DNA of 64,000 nucleotides. Origin: an uncultured Gammaproteobacteria bacterium. Lineage in GTDB: Bacteria; Pseudomonadota; Gammaproteobacteria; Steroidobacterales; UBA11654. The notes under the pieces were generated by a model. That model saw nothing but the letters and a program-made list of their open reading frames with translations, did not search any database and was not told the origin of the DNA. The DNA is taken from NCBI GenBank assembly GCA_937801655.1, contig CALMWC010000003.1, positions 2,574 through 66,573 on the forward strand, given 5' to 3'. The translations under genes and the position numbers were made by a program. Shown here in pieces: positions 48,893-58,535 of this stretch. Position 1 is the first letter of the stretch, and each line of letters opens with the position of its first letter.

Positions 48893-49369
48893 ATGATTGC
48901 TGTATATCCTGGCACTTTTGATCCAATCACCAATGGTCACTTTGAAATTATCAGAAGGGCCTCTACACTGTTTGAAACTTTATTGGTTGCAGTTGCTTCG
49001 AGCCCTGAGAAAAGCCCATTATTTGATATTGATGAACGATTGCATATGGTCAACGAGGTTCTGAATGCTTTTAGTAATATTGAAGTTAAGAAATACAGTG
49101 GTCTGACAATTGATTTTGCTAAACAGTCAGACGCACATGTTATTGTTCGTGGCTTGAGATCACCAGCAGATGGGCAATATGAATTTGAGCTTGCAAGCAT
49201 GAATAAAAGATTAGCGGATGATATTGAAACCATATTTTTAAGCAGTGGCGACCAAAATGCTTTTATATCCTCTTCATTGATTAGGCAGATCGCCCAAGAA
49301 GGTGGAGATATCACTGGCTTCGTTCACCCAGTTGTTCAGAGCGCATTGAATAAAAAATATAGTAAATAG
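48893..49369 (+). CDS. coaD: Phosphopantetheine adenylyltransferase
   Basis: 158 aa. Motifs: IAVYPGTFDPITNGH, VRGLR, ISSSLIR. Confidence 0.9.
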   Translation: MIAVYPGTFDPITNGHFEIIRRASTLFETLLVAVASSPEKSPLFDIDERLHMVNEVLNAFSNIEVKKYSGLTIDFAKQSDAHVIVRGLRSPADGQYEFELASMNKRLADDIETIFLSSGDQNAFISSSLIRQIAQEGGDITGFVHPVVQSALNKKYSK

Positions 49370-49373
49370 TTAG

Positions 49374-51072
49374 ATGCTTAAGATAATCAATAATTTAAAG
49401 TATTTTATTATTGTCTCTTATGTTATTTCTTTTAGTTCTTTTGCTGTTAATGTTAGCCCTACTTCTCCAGCAATTGCATCCGCACACCCTCTAGCAACGC
49501 AAGCTGGCTATGATATTTTAAATCAAGGTGGCAATGCATTCGATGCAGCTGTAGCTGTCAGTTCTGTTTTATCAGTGGTAGAGCCATACAGCTCTGGTAT
49601 AGGTGGAGGAGCTTTTTTTCTCTTACATCGTGAATCTGATCAATTTAAGATTTTTGTTGATGCTAGAGAGAAAGCGCCAGGCAAGGCTGATTCAGATATG
49701 TATCTTGATGAATTCAAAAATGTAATACCTCGAGTGTCTCTTGATGGCGACATTAGCGGCTGGAATACCTGGTTTAGCTGCAGGCTTGGCTCATGTTTCA
49801 GAAAACTATGGAGTGTTACGACTTGATCAAGTTTTAGCTCCAGCTATTGCTCTAGCAGAGAATGGGTTCCCTGTTTATGAGAGATTCATTACAGCTCTTA
49901 AGGTTGCTATAGCAATAGATGTAATGTCACCAAAATTTATAGAGATTTTTACTAGTGAGGGTGAGATTCCAGAAGTTGGTACATTGATTAAGCAACCTGA
50001 GTTAGCCAATACCTTAAGGGTTATTGCTAGCCAAGGGCATGATGGTTTTTACAACAGCGAGCTTACTAAAACTATGGTTGAAGAATCCAATGAAAGTGGC
50101 TCTATATGGACTATCAATGATTTTGAAAATTATGAGATAGTAGAAAGAAAACCTCTTCAGGTTAAGTTTTCAAATTATCAGTTAACACTTGCCCCTCCTC
50201 CTTCATCGGGTGGAACCACGATTGCAACAATCTTAAATATTATTTCTCAATATAATTATAGAGACATGAATACGGATGAGTTTGTCCACTTAATTACTGA
50301 GGCGATGAGAAGGGCTTATAAAGATCGATCGGAGTATCTAGGTGACCCCGATTTTGTAGCAGTGCCTATTTTAAAACTTATTGGTAGAAACCATGCAATC
50401 AAACATTCTTCTAGTATTAATTTAGATCAAGCCACACCCAGCAAACAGATCGGTAAATCTTATGAAGTAGATCCGAAAGAAAAAGGTACAGAGACCACTC
50501 ATTTTTCTATTTTAGACCAAGATGGAAATCGTGTTTCTACCACCCAGACTATTAATACCTGGTTTGGATCGGGTTATATGCTTCCATCTGCAGGATTTAT
50601 TTTAAACAATGAAATGGATGATTTTTCTGCTAAAGCTTTTGCTCCAAATAGATATGGCTTGGTCCATGGTGAAGCTAATTCCATAGCTCCGAATAAAAGA
50701 ATGCTGTCTAGTATGAGCCCTACTTTTATTGAATCGACAGATGATCTTGCTATTTTGGGAACACCTGGCGGTGCAAAGATTATTACAATGGTATTGTTGT
50801 CTTTAATTTCATGGACTGAAGGAGCTGATGCTAATGAGATGACATCAGGAAGAAGATTTCATCATCAATATTTACCAGATGAAATTCATCATGAGAAAGA
50901 TGCTTTCAGTCAGGAGGTTATTACTAGCCTGATATCTAAAGGCCATTCTTTAAAAGAAATTGGAGATTATGGAAATATGCAGGTTGTTACTTATAAAAAA
51001 TCTGATGGTTCGGTAAAGGCATCTTCTGATCCAAGAGCATTAATTGTAAATTCAGAAATAGATTTTTATTAG
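49374..51072 (+). pseudogene. ggt: Gamma-glutamyltranspeptidase interrupted by a 1-nt frameshift near 49746-49752
   Basis: The two listed ORFs (49374..49826 and 49741..51072) are the consecutive N- and C-terminal parts of one GGT. Frame A carries ..VVEPYSSGIGGGAFFL..RVSLDG and then runs into a stop. Frame B continues with TLAAGIPGLAAGLAHVSENYG and contains the autoprocessing site GTETTHFS. Confidence 0.75.
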
Positions 51073-51076
51073 TTCT

Positions 51077-51898
51077 TTAATGCTGACATTTAACACAATA
51101 GAAAGTGCTTCGTCCTAATTGAACTATTCTCTTAATTACTCCATCACACTGTTTGCATTTTTTATTTTCTCGATCGTATGTGAATAAGTTCTGCTTAAAG
51201 TATCCAATTTTTTCTTCTTGATAAGTGAAAGAAAAATCTCTTAGTGTGGTACCGCCCTGTTTAATGGATTGTTTTAGTATTTTCTGTATTGATTCAGATA
51301 AAGTTTTGTATCTGGTTTTAGCAATATTTTTAGCCATTCTTTTGGGATGAATACCACTGATAAAAAGAGATTCATTGGCATAGATGTTACCCACACCAAC
51401 AACAATAGAAGCATTCATAATCAAAGCTTTTATGGAAGTATTTCTATTACGACTGACTTGATATAGATAATCCCCAGTAAACTCTTGTTCTAAAGGTTCT
51501 AAGCCTAAATGAGATATTAATTTATGATTTTCAGGATTTTTACCTGCCCATTCAAAGCAGCCAAATCTTCTGGGATCATTAAATCGAACTATCTTTTGAT
51601 TTTCCAATTGAAGATCAAAATGATCATGTTTTTTTGGGATAGTGTTTTGATCTAAGACGCCCAGGCTGCCTGACATACCTAAATGAATCATAGCCGTGCC
51701 TGCCTCACTATTAATAAAAATATATTTTCCTCTTCTAGATAAAGAAATAACTTTCTTATTTTCTAATTTTTTTAATAAATGATAATTAATAGGCCATCGT
51801 AGACGATCATCTCTAATAATGATTTTTTCGATAGTATTGCCTACTATATGTGGAGCTAACGCTCTTTTGGTTACTTCAACTTCTGGTAATTCTGGCAT
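51077..51898 (-). CDS. mutM: Formamidopyrimidine-DNA glycosylase
   Basis: 273 aa with the MPELPEVE N-terminus, an H2TH region and a C-terminal zinc finger CKQC..YCVKCQ. Confidence 0.9.
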   Translation of the reverse strand: MPELPEVEVTKRALAPHIVGNTIEKIIIRDDRLRWPINYHLLKKLENKKVISLSRRGKYIFINSEAGTAMIHLGMSGSLGVLDQNTIPKKHDHFDLQLENQKIVRFNDPRRFGCFEWAGKNPENHKLISHLGLEPLEQEFTGDYLYQVSRNRNTSIKALIMNASIVVGVGNIYANESLFISGIHPKRMAKNIAKTRYKTLSESIQKILKQSIKQGGTTLRDFSFTYQEEKIGYFKQNLFTYDRENKKCKQCDGVIKRIVQLGRSTFYCVKCQH

Positions 51899-51933
51899 AA
51901 AGGTAATTATGCACAGTTAGTTCCAAGATAGAA

Positions 51934-52089
51934 TTATTTAATTTTAGACTCTTTATAAAGAACATGCTTTCTAATAGTGGGATCAAATTTCTTAGTTTCC
52001 ATTTTATCAGGATGTTCTTTCTTATTTTTAGTCGTTGTATAGTAATGACCTGTTTTTGCTGATGAGACAAGTTTTATTTTTTCGCGCAT
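51934..52089 (-). CDS. rpmG: 50S ribosomal protein L33 (not in the supplied ORF track)
   Basis: Hand translation of the minus strand gives [51 protein letters not shown] (51 aa), a clear L33 sequence. Its ATG shares one base with the rpmB stop (TAATG). Confidence 0.9.
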   Translation of the reverse strand: MREKIKLVSSAKTGHYYTTTKNKKEHPDKMETKKFDPTIRKHVLYKESKIK

Positions 52090-52325
52090 TATCCATTTTC
52101 CCCATATTCTTTTAGGTTTGATAACACATGATCAATACCTAGTTTATCGATGGTCCTGAGTCCTTTTTTTGTTATTCGTAATTTTACGAATTTATTTTGA
52201 CTCTCAACCCAAATACGATGCGTATGAAGGTTGGGAAAAAACTTTCTACGAGTTCTATTATTCGCATGCGATACATTGTTCCCGCTTGTGGTTTTCTTGC
52301 CTGTGACTTGACATATTTTAGACAT
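52089..52325 (-). CDS. rpmB: 50S ribosomal protein L28
   Basis: [39 protein letters not shown]... is 78 aa from the internal ATG at 52325. The 6-codon extension in the track is probably not translated. Confidence 0.9.
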   Translation of the reverse strand: MSKICQVTGKKTTSGNNVSHANNRTRRKFFPNLHTHRIWVESQNKFVKLRITKKGLRTIDKLGIDHVLSNLKEYGENG

Positions 52326-52457
52326 TTCTATTTCTTCCATCAATAAATTTGATTCTAGGTGAGGTTTTATACCAAGAGAAGGTTAACATAGCAACCCCTG
52401 TTGAAAAAAAGATTTTGCATATGTTTCTAGAGAGATGGAGATAAAAATATTAAAATA

Positions 52458-52922
52458 ATGACTATGAAAAAAAGTATCGACTTAAAAGTTCTTGATTCTA
52501 GGATCAGTAAAGAATTCAGCCTACCTGATTATCAAACGGATGGATCTGCTGGAATTGATTTACAGGCATGCATTGATAAGAGCATCGAGTTAGAGCCAGG
52601 TATGACAGAATTAATACCTAGCGGTATAGCAATTCATATCAATGACCCAAGTCTTGCAGCCGTTTTATTACCTCGTTCTGGATTAGGGCATAAAAAAGGA
52701 TTAGTTCTAGGCAATCTTGTTGGATTGATTGACTCAGATTATCAAGGACAGGTTTATATTTCATGTTGGAATCGTGGAAAAGACAAAATACTCATCGAAC
52801 CGGGTTTACGATTGGCACAGATGGTGTTTATTCCTATTGAGCAAGTTCAATTTAGAGTGGTTGATGAGTTTGATGAATCTGAGAGAGGCGATGGAGGTTT
52901 TGGACACACTGGTCAATCCTAA
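52458..52922 (+). CDS. dut: dUTP diphosphatase
   Basis: 154 aa. Motifs: [37 protein letters not shown]. Confidence 0.9.
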   Translation: MTMKKSIDLKVLDSRISKEFSLPDYQTDGSAGIDLQACIDKSIELEPGMTELIPSGIAIHINDPSLAAVLLPRSGLGHKKGLVLGNLVGLIDSDYQGQVYISCWNRGKDKILIEPGLRLAQMVFIPIEQVQFRVVDEFDESERGDGGFGHTGQS

Positions 52923-53569
52923 GCAGTGATGCCATATTTCTCTCGATAATTTTTGATTTGATCAATAAACTGAGAGAGCTCTCCACCATCTTCAAGAATA
53001 TATTCAATAATATCATTCAGCGTTACAATTGAAATAACCGGCACATTAAGTTTTTGAGATACCTCTTCCACGGCGGACAGTGCACCTTGACCCTTCTCTT
53101 GCCTATCTAGAGAAATAAGTATTCCCATCACCTCTCCATTGAGTTCTGAAATCAAATTGCTTGCTTCATGTATAGCAGTTCCAGCTGTAATTACATCATC
53201 AACAATAAGTACCTTTCCTTTAATTGGGGCCCCAACAAGCTGACCTTTTTCTCCATGATCTTTTACTTCTTTTCTATTGAATGTGAAGGGCTTATCTATA
53301 TGATGATTTTTCGATAATGAGCTTGCTAGAGATGTAACAATTGGAATGCCTTTGTAGGCAGGACCAAATAATAAATCAAAGTTTTTCTCTTCATTCACTA
53401 ATGCTTGAGCATAAAAATCCCCAAGTTTTGCAATAGTACTTCCTGTATTAAAGAGCCCCATATTAAAAAAATAAGGACTAATTCTTCCTGACTTAAGTTC
53501 AAATTCACCAAACTTAAGGACACCTTGGCTTAGTGAAAAATTAATAAATTCCTGTTTGTAGTTTTCCAT
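52919..53569 (-). CDS. pyrE: Orotate phosphoribosyltransferase
   Basis: 216 aa with [17 protein letters not shown] and the PRPP loop [13 protein letters not shown]. There is a 4-nt convergent overlap with dut. Confidence 0.9.
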   Translation of the reverse strand: MENYKQEFINFSLSQGVLKFGEFELKSGRISPYFFNMGLFNTGSTIAKLGDFYAQALVNEEKNFDLLFGPAYKGIPIVTSLASSLSKNHHIDKPFTFNRKEVKDHGEKGQLVGAPIKGKVLIVDDVITAGTAIHEASNLISELNGEVMGILISLDRQEKGQGALSAVEEVSQKLNVPVISIVTLNDIIEYILEDGGELSQFIDQIKNYREKYGITA

Positions 53570-53626
53570 TCGATATAAACTTAAGTAGTTTATAAATAGT
53601 TTACCACTACATAGATATTTTTAGTT

Positions 53627-54403
53627 ATGAAGATTATCACTTTGAATGTTAATGGCATAAGAGCATCTGCTAAAAAAGGCCTATTTGATTGGTTAAAGAA
53701 AGAAGACCCTGATCTGATTTGTTTACAAGAAGTGAGGGCACAGATAGAGGATATAAAGGACACTATTTATTGGCCTGAGAATTACCATTGCTTTCATCAT
53801 ACAGCAGAGAAAAAAGGTTATAGTGGTGTTGCAATTTTTTCTAAAAAACAACCCAATAAAGTTACAGAAGGACTTGGTGTAAAAGAGTTTGACAATGAAG
53901 GGAGGTATATTGAATGTAGTTTTGATAACTTCAGTATTGCTTCAGTTTATTTTCCTTCTGGCACTACTGGGACGATAAGACAAGATCTAAAGTATCGATT
54001 TTTAGATCAATTCAGCGACTTATTAAAGGAGACCATTAAAAATAAGAAGCCCTATATATTCTGTGGTGATGTAAACATTGTTCATAAAGAAGTAGATATA
54101 AAAAACTGGAAAGCTAATCAAAAGAATTCTGGTTGCTTACCTGAAGAGCGAGCTTGGCTCGATTTTATTTTTGATGATTTATCTTGTATTGATAGCTTTC
54201 GAGAAGTCAATCAAAATGAGCATGAATATACATGGTGGTCCAATAGAGGGAAAGCCTACCAGAACAATGTTGGTTGGCGAATTGATTATCAGGTTATAAC
54301 AAGCCATTTTGAAGGATCTGTTTTGGATTCTTATGTTTATAAAGAGCAAAAATTCTCGGATCATGCTCCATTAGTTAATCAGTATGATTATGAATTTAAG
54401 TAA
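53627..54403 (+). CDS. Exodeoxyribonuclease III family nuclease (copy 2)
   Basis: 258 aa. Motifs: MKIITLNVNGIRAS, DLICLQEVR, FCGDVNIVH, WWSNR, SDHAPLV. Confidence 0.85.
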   Translation: MKIITLNVNGIRASAKKGLFDWLKKEDPDLICLQEVRAQIEDIKDTIYWPENYHCFHHTAEKKGYSGVAIFSKKQPNKVTEGLGVKEFDNEGRYIECSFDNFSIASVYFPSGTTGTIRQDLKYRFLDQFSDLLKETIKNKKPYIFCGDVNIVHKEVDIKNWKANQKNSGCLPEERAWLDFIFDDLSCIDSFREVNQNEHEYTWWSNRGKAYQNNVGWRIDYQVITSHFEGSVLDSYVYKEQKFSDHAPLVNQYDYEFK

Positions 54404-55667
54404 GAAAGAAGTTACAGAGCTAGGTCTAAAAATCTATTTAAAGCCGGAAGTAATTCGGATGACTTTTTTGGGATTTTCTGCTGGCTTACCTCACCCATTA
54501 TTATTTGTCAGCCTTTCAGCTTGGCTGGCTTCAGTCAAGATTAGTATGACTGACCTTACAATGTTTGCGTGGGTGGGCATGATCTATGCCATTAAATTTT
54601 TATGGGCCCCCATTCTAGATAATGTTTCTATTACATATTTGTCTAGAGTATTGGGTCAAAGAAGATCATGGATACTTATTACTCAAATTTTGATTTTTTT
54701 TGGGTTGCTTTTCATTGCCAATATAGACCCTCAAACTGAACTTGGTCTCTTGGCAATGATAAGCATAGCGATAGCTATTGCATCAGCCAGTCAAGATATC
54801 GCTATTGATGCTTATCGGGTTGAAATTATTAGTAATAAATATCAGGGAGCTATGGGTGCTAGTTACCAATTGGGTTATAGAATTTCATATTTATTTTCTG
54901 CTGCAGGGGCCTTATATTTAGCCGATTACTATTCTTGGAAAATTGCCTATCAAGTTTTAGCCCCTTTAATGCTGATTGGAGTGATAACTGTTTTATTGAT
55001 TCCAGAGCCCTTTAACAAGAAATCATTGAGCAAAGAAGGGTATTCATTTAGGAAATCTATTTTAGAGCCTTTCATGGAATTTTTTCGAAGAAACGGTAGT
55101 TGGTCTTTGATGTTGATTGTATTTATCGGTGTATATCGTATGAGCGATCTATTGGTTAATGTTGTTGCTAATCCTTTCTATATTGATATAGGTTTTAATT
55201 TGAGTGAAATCGCAACCATTACAAAGGTTTTTGGTTTTGCAGTAACCGTATTAGGCACATTTATCGGAGGGCTTTCAGTTGTCCGATATGGGATACCTAA
55301 ACCCTTAATTATAAGCAGTGTTTTGTTAGCATTTACAAACTTATTTTTTCTATTGCTTGAAAATATGGGTCCAAATATAGAGATTTTAATTCTTACTATC
55401 AGTGCTGATAATTTTGCTCTAGGATTCTCTGGGTCTATTTTTATCGCCTTCCTTTCCAGCCTAACCAATAGAGATTACGCTGCTTCGCAATATGCTTTAT
55501 TTACATCCATCATGTTTTTTTTGGGAATAACACTAAGTGGTTTTTCAGGGCAGCTTGTTGATAATTATGGTTGGTCCAATTTCTTTTTATTGGCAGCCTT
55601 TATGGGCATCCCTTCAATACTATTTTCTTTTATTATCGTAAAGAAGGGATGGCAAGAACAAGACTAA
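54384..55667 (+). CDS. ampG: AmpG-family muropeptide/MFS permease
   Basis: 427 aa with about 12-14 TM helices. The N-terminal motif is MTFLGFSAGLPHPLLFVSLSAWL, with RRSWILITQ and DAYRVE. The start may instead be the ATG at 54390. Confidence 0.7.
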   Translation: MIMNLSKKEVTELGLKIYLKPEVIRMTFLGFSAGLPHPLLFVSLSAWLASVKISMTDLTMFAWVGMIYAIKFLWAPILDNVSITYLSRVLGQRRSWILITQILIFFGLLFIANIDPQTELGLLAMISIAIAIASASQDIAIDAYRVEIISNKYQGAMGASYQLGYRISYLFSAAGALYLADYYSWKIAYQVLAPLMLIGVITVLLIPEPFNKKSLSKEGYSFRKSILEPFMEFFRRNGSWSLMLIVFIGVYRMSDLLVNVVANPFYIDIGFNLSEIATITKVFGFAVTVLGTFIGGLSVVRYGIPKPLIISSVLLAFTNLFFLLLENMGPNIEILILTISADNFALGFSGSIFIAFLSSLTNRDYAASQYALFTSIMFFLGITLSGFSGQLVDNYGWSNFFLLAAFMGIPSILFSFIIVKKGWQEQD

Positions 55668-55682
55668 AATACTCAGATTGCT

Positions 55683-56540
55683 TTAAGAAGTATAGAGATT
55701 TTTATGTTCTTCAATAAAGTCCTCTAAAGATCTAGGGGGAGTTCCAATAAGCTCTTCAAATGTATCTGTTTTATATTCAATCCCACCTTCCGCAATCCCA
55801 CCAAAAAGATCGATGACTGAATCCAAATGCCATTGATTGGTTAGAAATTGAGATAGGATATTTTTATAAGCATCCATGGGCATATCAACATATAAAACTT
55901 CCTTTTTTAAAACAGAACTAAATTTTTCAGCAACATCATAAAATGATAAAATTTCTGGGCCAGTTATTTGATAACTTTGACCTTCATGACCCCCTTCTGA
56001 AAGAACTTTAGCAATAACTTTCCCTACATCACGAGTATCAATCATCCCTGTTTTTCCTTCACTCATAGGCAGAAAGAATTTATTTTGTTCAACAATTGTT
56101 TTAGCTGAACCAACAAAGTTCTGCATATAAAAATTAGGTTTAATCATAGTCCATTGCATACCAGAATTTTTTATATAAACCTCTGTGTCCCAATGAAGTT
56201 TTGGTATTGGGCTAGTACACTCTTCATCAGCTTCAACTGAAGACATATATACAATCTGTTGAACGCCTTCAGCTTTTGCTGAATCCACTAATTGCATTTC
56301 CATTTCTAGTTGATTTTCGCAATTAGGTAGAATAATAAGTAGTTTTTCAATTCCAATCATAGCCTGATCAATAATTTCTTTGTCTTCTGCTGACCCAATG
56401 ATAACTTCTCCACCTAAGGCTTCTATTTCACTACGCTTTTCTTCGCTTCTTATAAGCGCCCTAAAGGGAACTTTTAGATTGGATAATTCTATTGCTGTTG
56501 CTGACCCTGTTTTACCAGTGGCACCTGTTAGTAAAATCAT
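55683..56540 (-). CDS. NmrA-like / atypical SDR NAD(P)-binding protein
   Basis: 285 aa with the Rossmann start ILLTGATGKTGSA and no classical YxxxK SDR motif that I could see. It begins 1 nt after the stop of the upstream (same-strand) Rieske gene. Confidence 0.6.
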   Translation of the reverse strand: MILLTGATGKTGSATAIELSNLKVPFRALIRSEEKRSEIEALGGEVIIGSAEDKEIIDQAMIGIEKLLIILPNCENQLEMEMQLVDSAKAEGVQQIVYMSSVEADEECTSPIPKLHWDTEVYIKNSGMQWTMIKPNFYMQNFVGSAKTIVEQNKFFLPMSEGKTGMIDTRDVGKVIAKVLSEGGHEGQSYQITGPEILSFYDVAEKFSSVLKKEVLYVDMPMDAYKNILSQFLTNQWHLDSVIDLFGGIAEGGIEYKTDTFEELIGTPPRSLEDFIEEHKNLYTS

Positions 56541-56541
56541 T

Positions 56542-57570
56542 TTATACTCCTTTACTCATTTTTTTTGTTAACAAATCATGAAAAAAAGCTACGCTAGATT
56601 CATATTTCATACTCAAAGGACCAGTTTTATATATTCCCGCTTGTAAATTTTGTTGAATATCTGGAATTAAATTCTGATCTTCTAGACTTACCTCTAATTG
56701 ATATTTTCCTTCTTTGGACTCAAAATCATCAGCTGATACGTCTAATGGTCTAAATAAATTATAAACCACTCTACACCATTTTGGTTTAATTGGCTCAATT
56801 CTTTGAAAGACAATTCCTCGACCATATACATTGAAAATAAAATTTGGAAATGTCCAGCCAAAACTACCAGGTTGATTACTGTTGGCCCTTTCTGGGACTG
56901 AATGAACGCTACAGTTATTACTATTATTAATTGTATATTCTTCCCATACTACATCACGATTTAATTGAGGATGGACAGATGGAATGTGATAGCCTTCTTG
57001 ATAGTTATCAACGTATGTTTTCCAATTTGCATGAACATCAAAAGATAGTTCATTATGAAATATAAAATTATCATTATAGTGTTGATCGATAGTGTTTGAG
57101 AATATGCCGAACCATTCATTTAGTCCATTGGATTTGGGATCTAGGTTAGCAAAGATCAAACCATACTTTTCTTCAATACTAATGGGGTATAGGGAATGAT
57201 CTTTATGGTCGAAATCAGTTGATCCAAAAAAGTTAGAAGGATTTGAGAGATTTCCATCTAAGTTATAGTTCCAGCCATGATATGGGCATACAATTTTTTT
57301 ACAATTTCCTTCAGATTGAAGAATTACTTTCGACGCACGATGTCTGCAAACATTATGAAAGCCTAATGTTTTATTAGATTTATTTTTGATAAGAATAATA
57401 GGGTAATGAACTATCTGAGCTGTAATAAAATCACCAGGCTTGTTCAACATCTCAGACCTTCCAATCCATTGCCATTCTTGATTGAAAATAGTTTCCACTT
57501 CTTTATTAAAGAAGCTTTCATCATGATAACAAGAAGCTGAAATTGTTTTAGTTCTGATATTATTTTTCAT
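56542..57570 (-). CDS. Rieske [2Fe-2S] non-haem-iron oxygenase, alpha-subunit type
   Basis: 342 aa with the Rieske motif CRHRASKV..(x)..CPYHGWNY and a mononuclear-iron region NYQEGYHIPSVHP. Confidence 0.8.
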   Translation of the reverse strand: MKNNIRTKTISASCYHDESFFNKEVETIFNQEWQWIGRSEMLNKPGDFITAQIVHYPIILIKNKSNKTLGFHNVCRHRASKVILQSEGNCKKIVCPYHGWNYNLDGNLSNPSNFFGSTDFDHKDHSLYPISIEEKYGLIFANLDPKSNGLNEWFGIFSNTIDQHYNDNFIFHNELSFDVHANWKTYVDNYQEGYHIPSVHPQLNRDVVWEEYTINNSNNCSVHSVPERANSNQPGSFGWTFPNFIFNVYGRGIVFQRIEPIKPKWCRVVYNLFRPLDVSADDFESKEGKYQLEVSLEDQNLIPDIQQNLQAGIYKTGPLSMKYESSVAFFHDLLTKKMSKGV

Positions 57571-57675
57571 AAATTAAAATTCCAGTTTTCATATGCTATA
57601 TTCATGGTAGTTAATAATCATAATTATTAATACTAGAATACGAACAATAATTCACAACATAAAATAAGTAATAAT

Positions 57676-58431
57676 ATGTCAGCATTAGAAAACAGAATTG
57701 CAATAATAACAGGATCATCGACAGGCATTGGAGCTGGTGTAGCAGAAGCATTTGCAGTTGAAGGAGCAACAGTAATAGTCAATTATCCAGATGTATCGGA
57801 GCTTCAGAACGCTCAAGATGTTCTTAACAAAATAATCAAACTTTCACCCAAGTCTCAAATAATTCAAGCAAATGTTTCAAATGAGGAAGAAGTTATATCA
57901 ATGATTGATGAGGTAAATAGTAATCATGGAACTATTGACATACTTGTTAATAATGCAGGAATAGCAACTAGTGCCCTAGTTCATGAAATGACAGCAAATA
58001 TGTGGGATGAACTTATTTCTATACATTTAAAGGGTACGTTCTTATGCACAAGAGAAGTTCTAAAAATTATGTATGAGAAGAACTATGGGAAGATAATAAA
58101 TACGGCATCCCAACTGGCCTATAAAGGGAGCGCTGGTTTCTCACATTATACAGCTGCCAAGGGAGCAATACTCTCATTTACGAGATCACTTTCACTAGAA
58201 ATTGGTAGTAAGAATATACGTGCAAACTGTGTAGCGCCAGGAGCTACAGAAACTAGGATGTTAGCTGATGTGCCAATAGAAATATTGAATGATATTAAAT
58301 CAGGGATACCCAAAGGGGAGATGGCAAAAGTTAGTGAAATAGTCCCCTCTTATATATTTCTTGCTTCAGATGCTGCAAATCATTTTGTTGGGCAATGTAT
58401 AAGTCCTAATGGGGGTGATGTTTTTTTATAG
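57676..58431 (+). CDS. Short-chain dehydrogenase/reductase (FabG-like)
   Basis: 251 aa. Motifs: ITGSSTGIGAG, NNAG, catalytic S..YTAAKGA, PGATET. Confidence 0.8.
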   Translation: MSALENRIAIITGSSTGIGAGVAEAFAVEGATVIVNYPDVSELQNAQDVLNKIIKLSPKSQIIQANVSNEEEVISMIDEVNSNHGTIDILVNNAGIATSALVHEMTANMWDELISIHLKGTFLCTREVLKIMYEKNYGKIINTASQLAYKGSAGFSHYTAAKGAILSFTRSLSLEIGSKNIRANCVAPGATETRMLADVPIEILNDIKSGIPKGEMAKVSEIVPSYIFLASDAANHFVGQCISPNGGDVFL

Positions 58432-58521
58432 AACATATTTTATCAGAAATAATCTTTAAATAAATAATATATATATAAAACAATATTATAGAGTATAAAT
58501 AAATAAAAATATGTAATATAG

Positions 58522-58531
58522 TGTATGCTAT
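58522..58531. repeat. Direct repeat copy 1 (TGTATGCTAT)
   Basis: Exact 10-mer, identical to 59821-59830. Confidence 0.6.
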
Positions 58532-58535
58532 ATAA

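Noticed and set aside
51876-52070. 64-aa ORF listed between mutM and rpmB.
   Set aside because: The same DNA encodes a textbook L33 (rpmG) in another frame, and the listed ORF also overlaps the mutM start.
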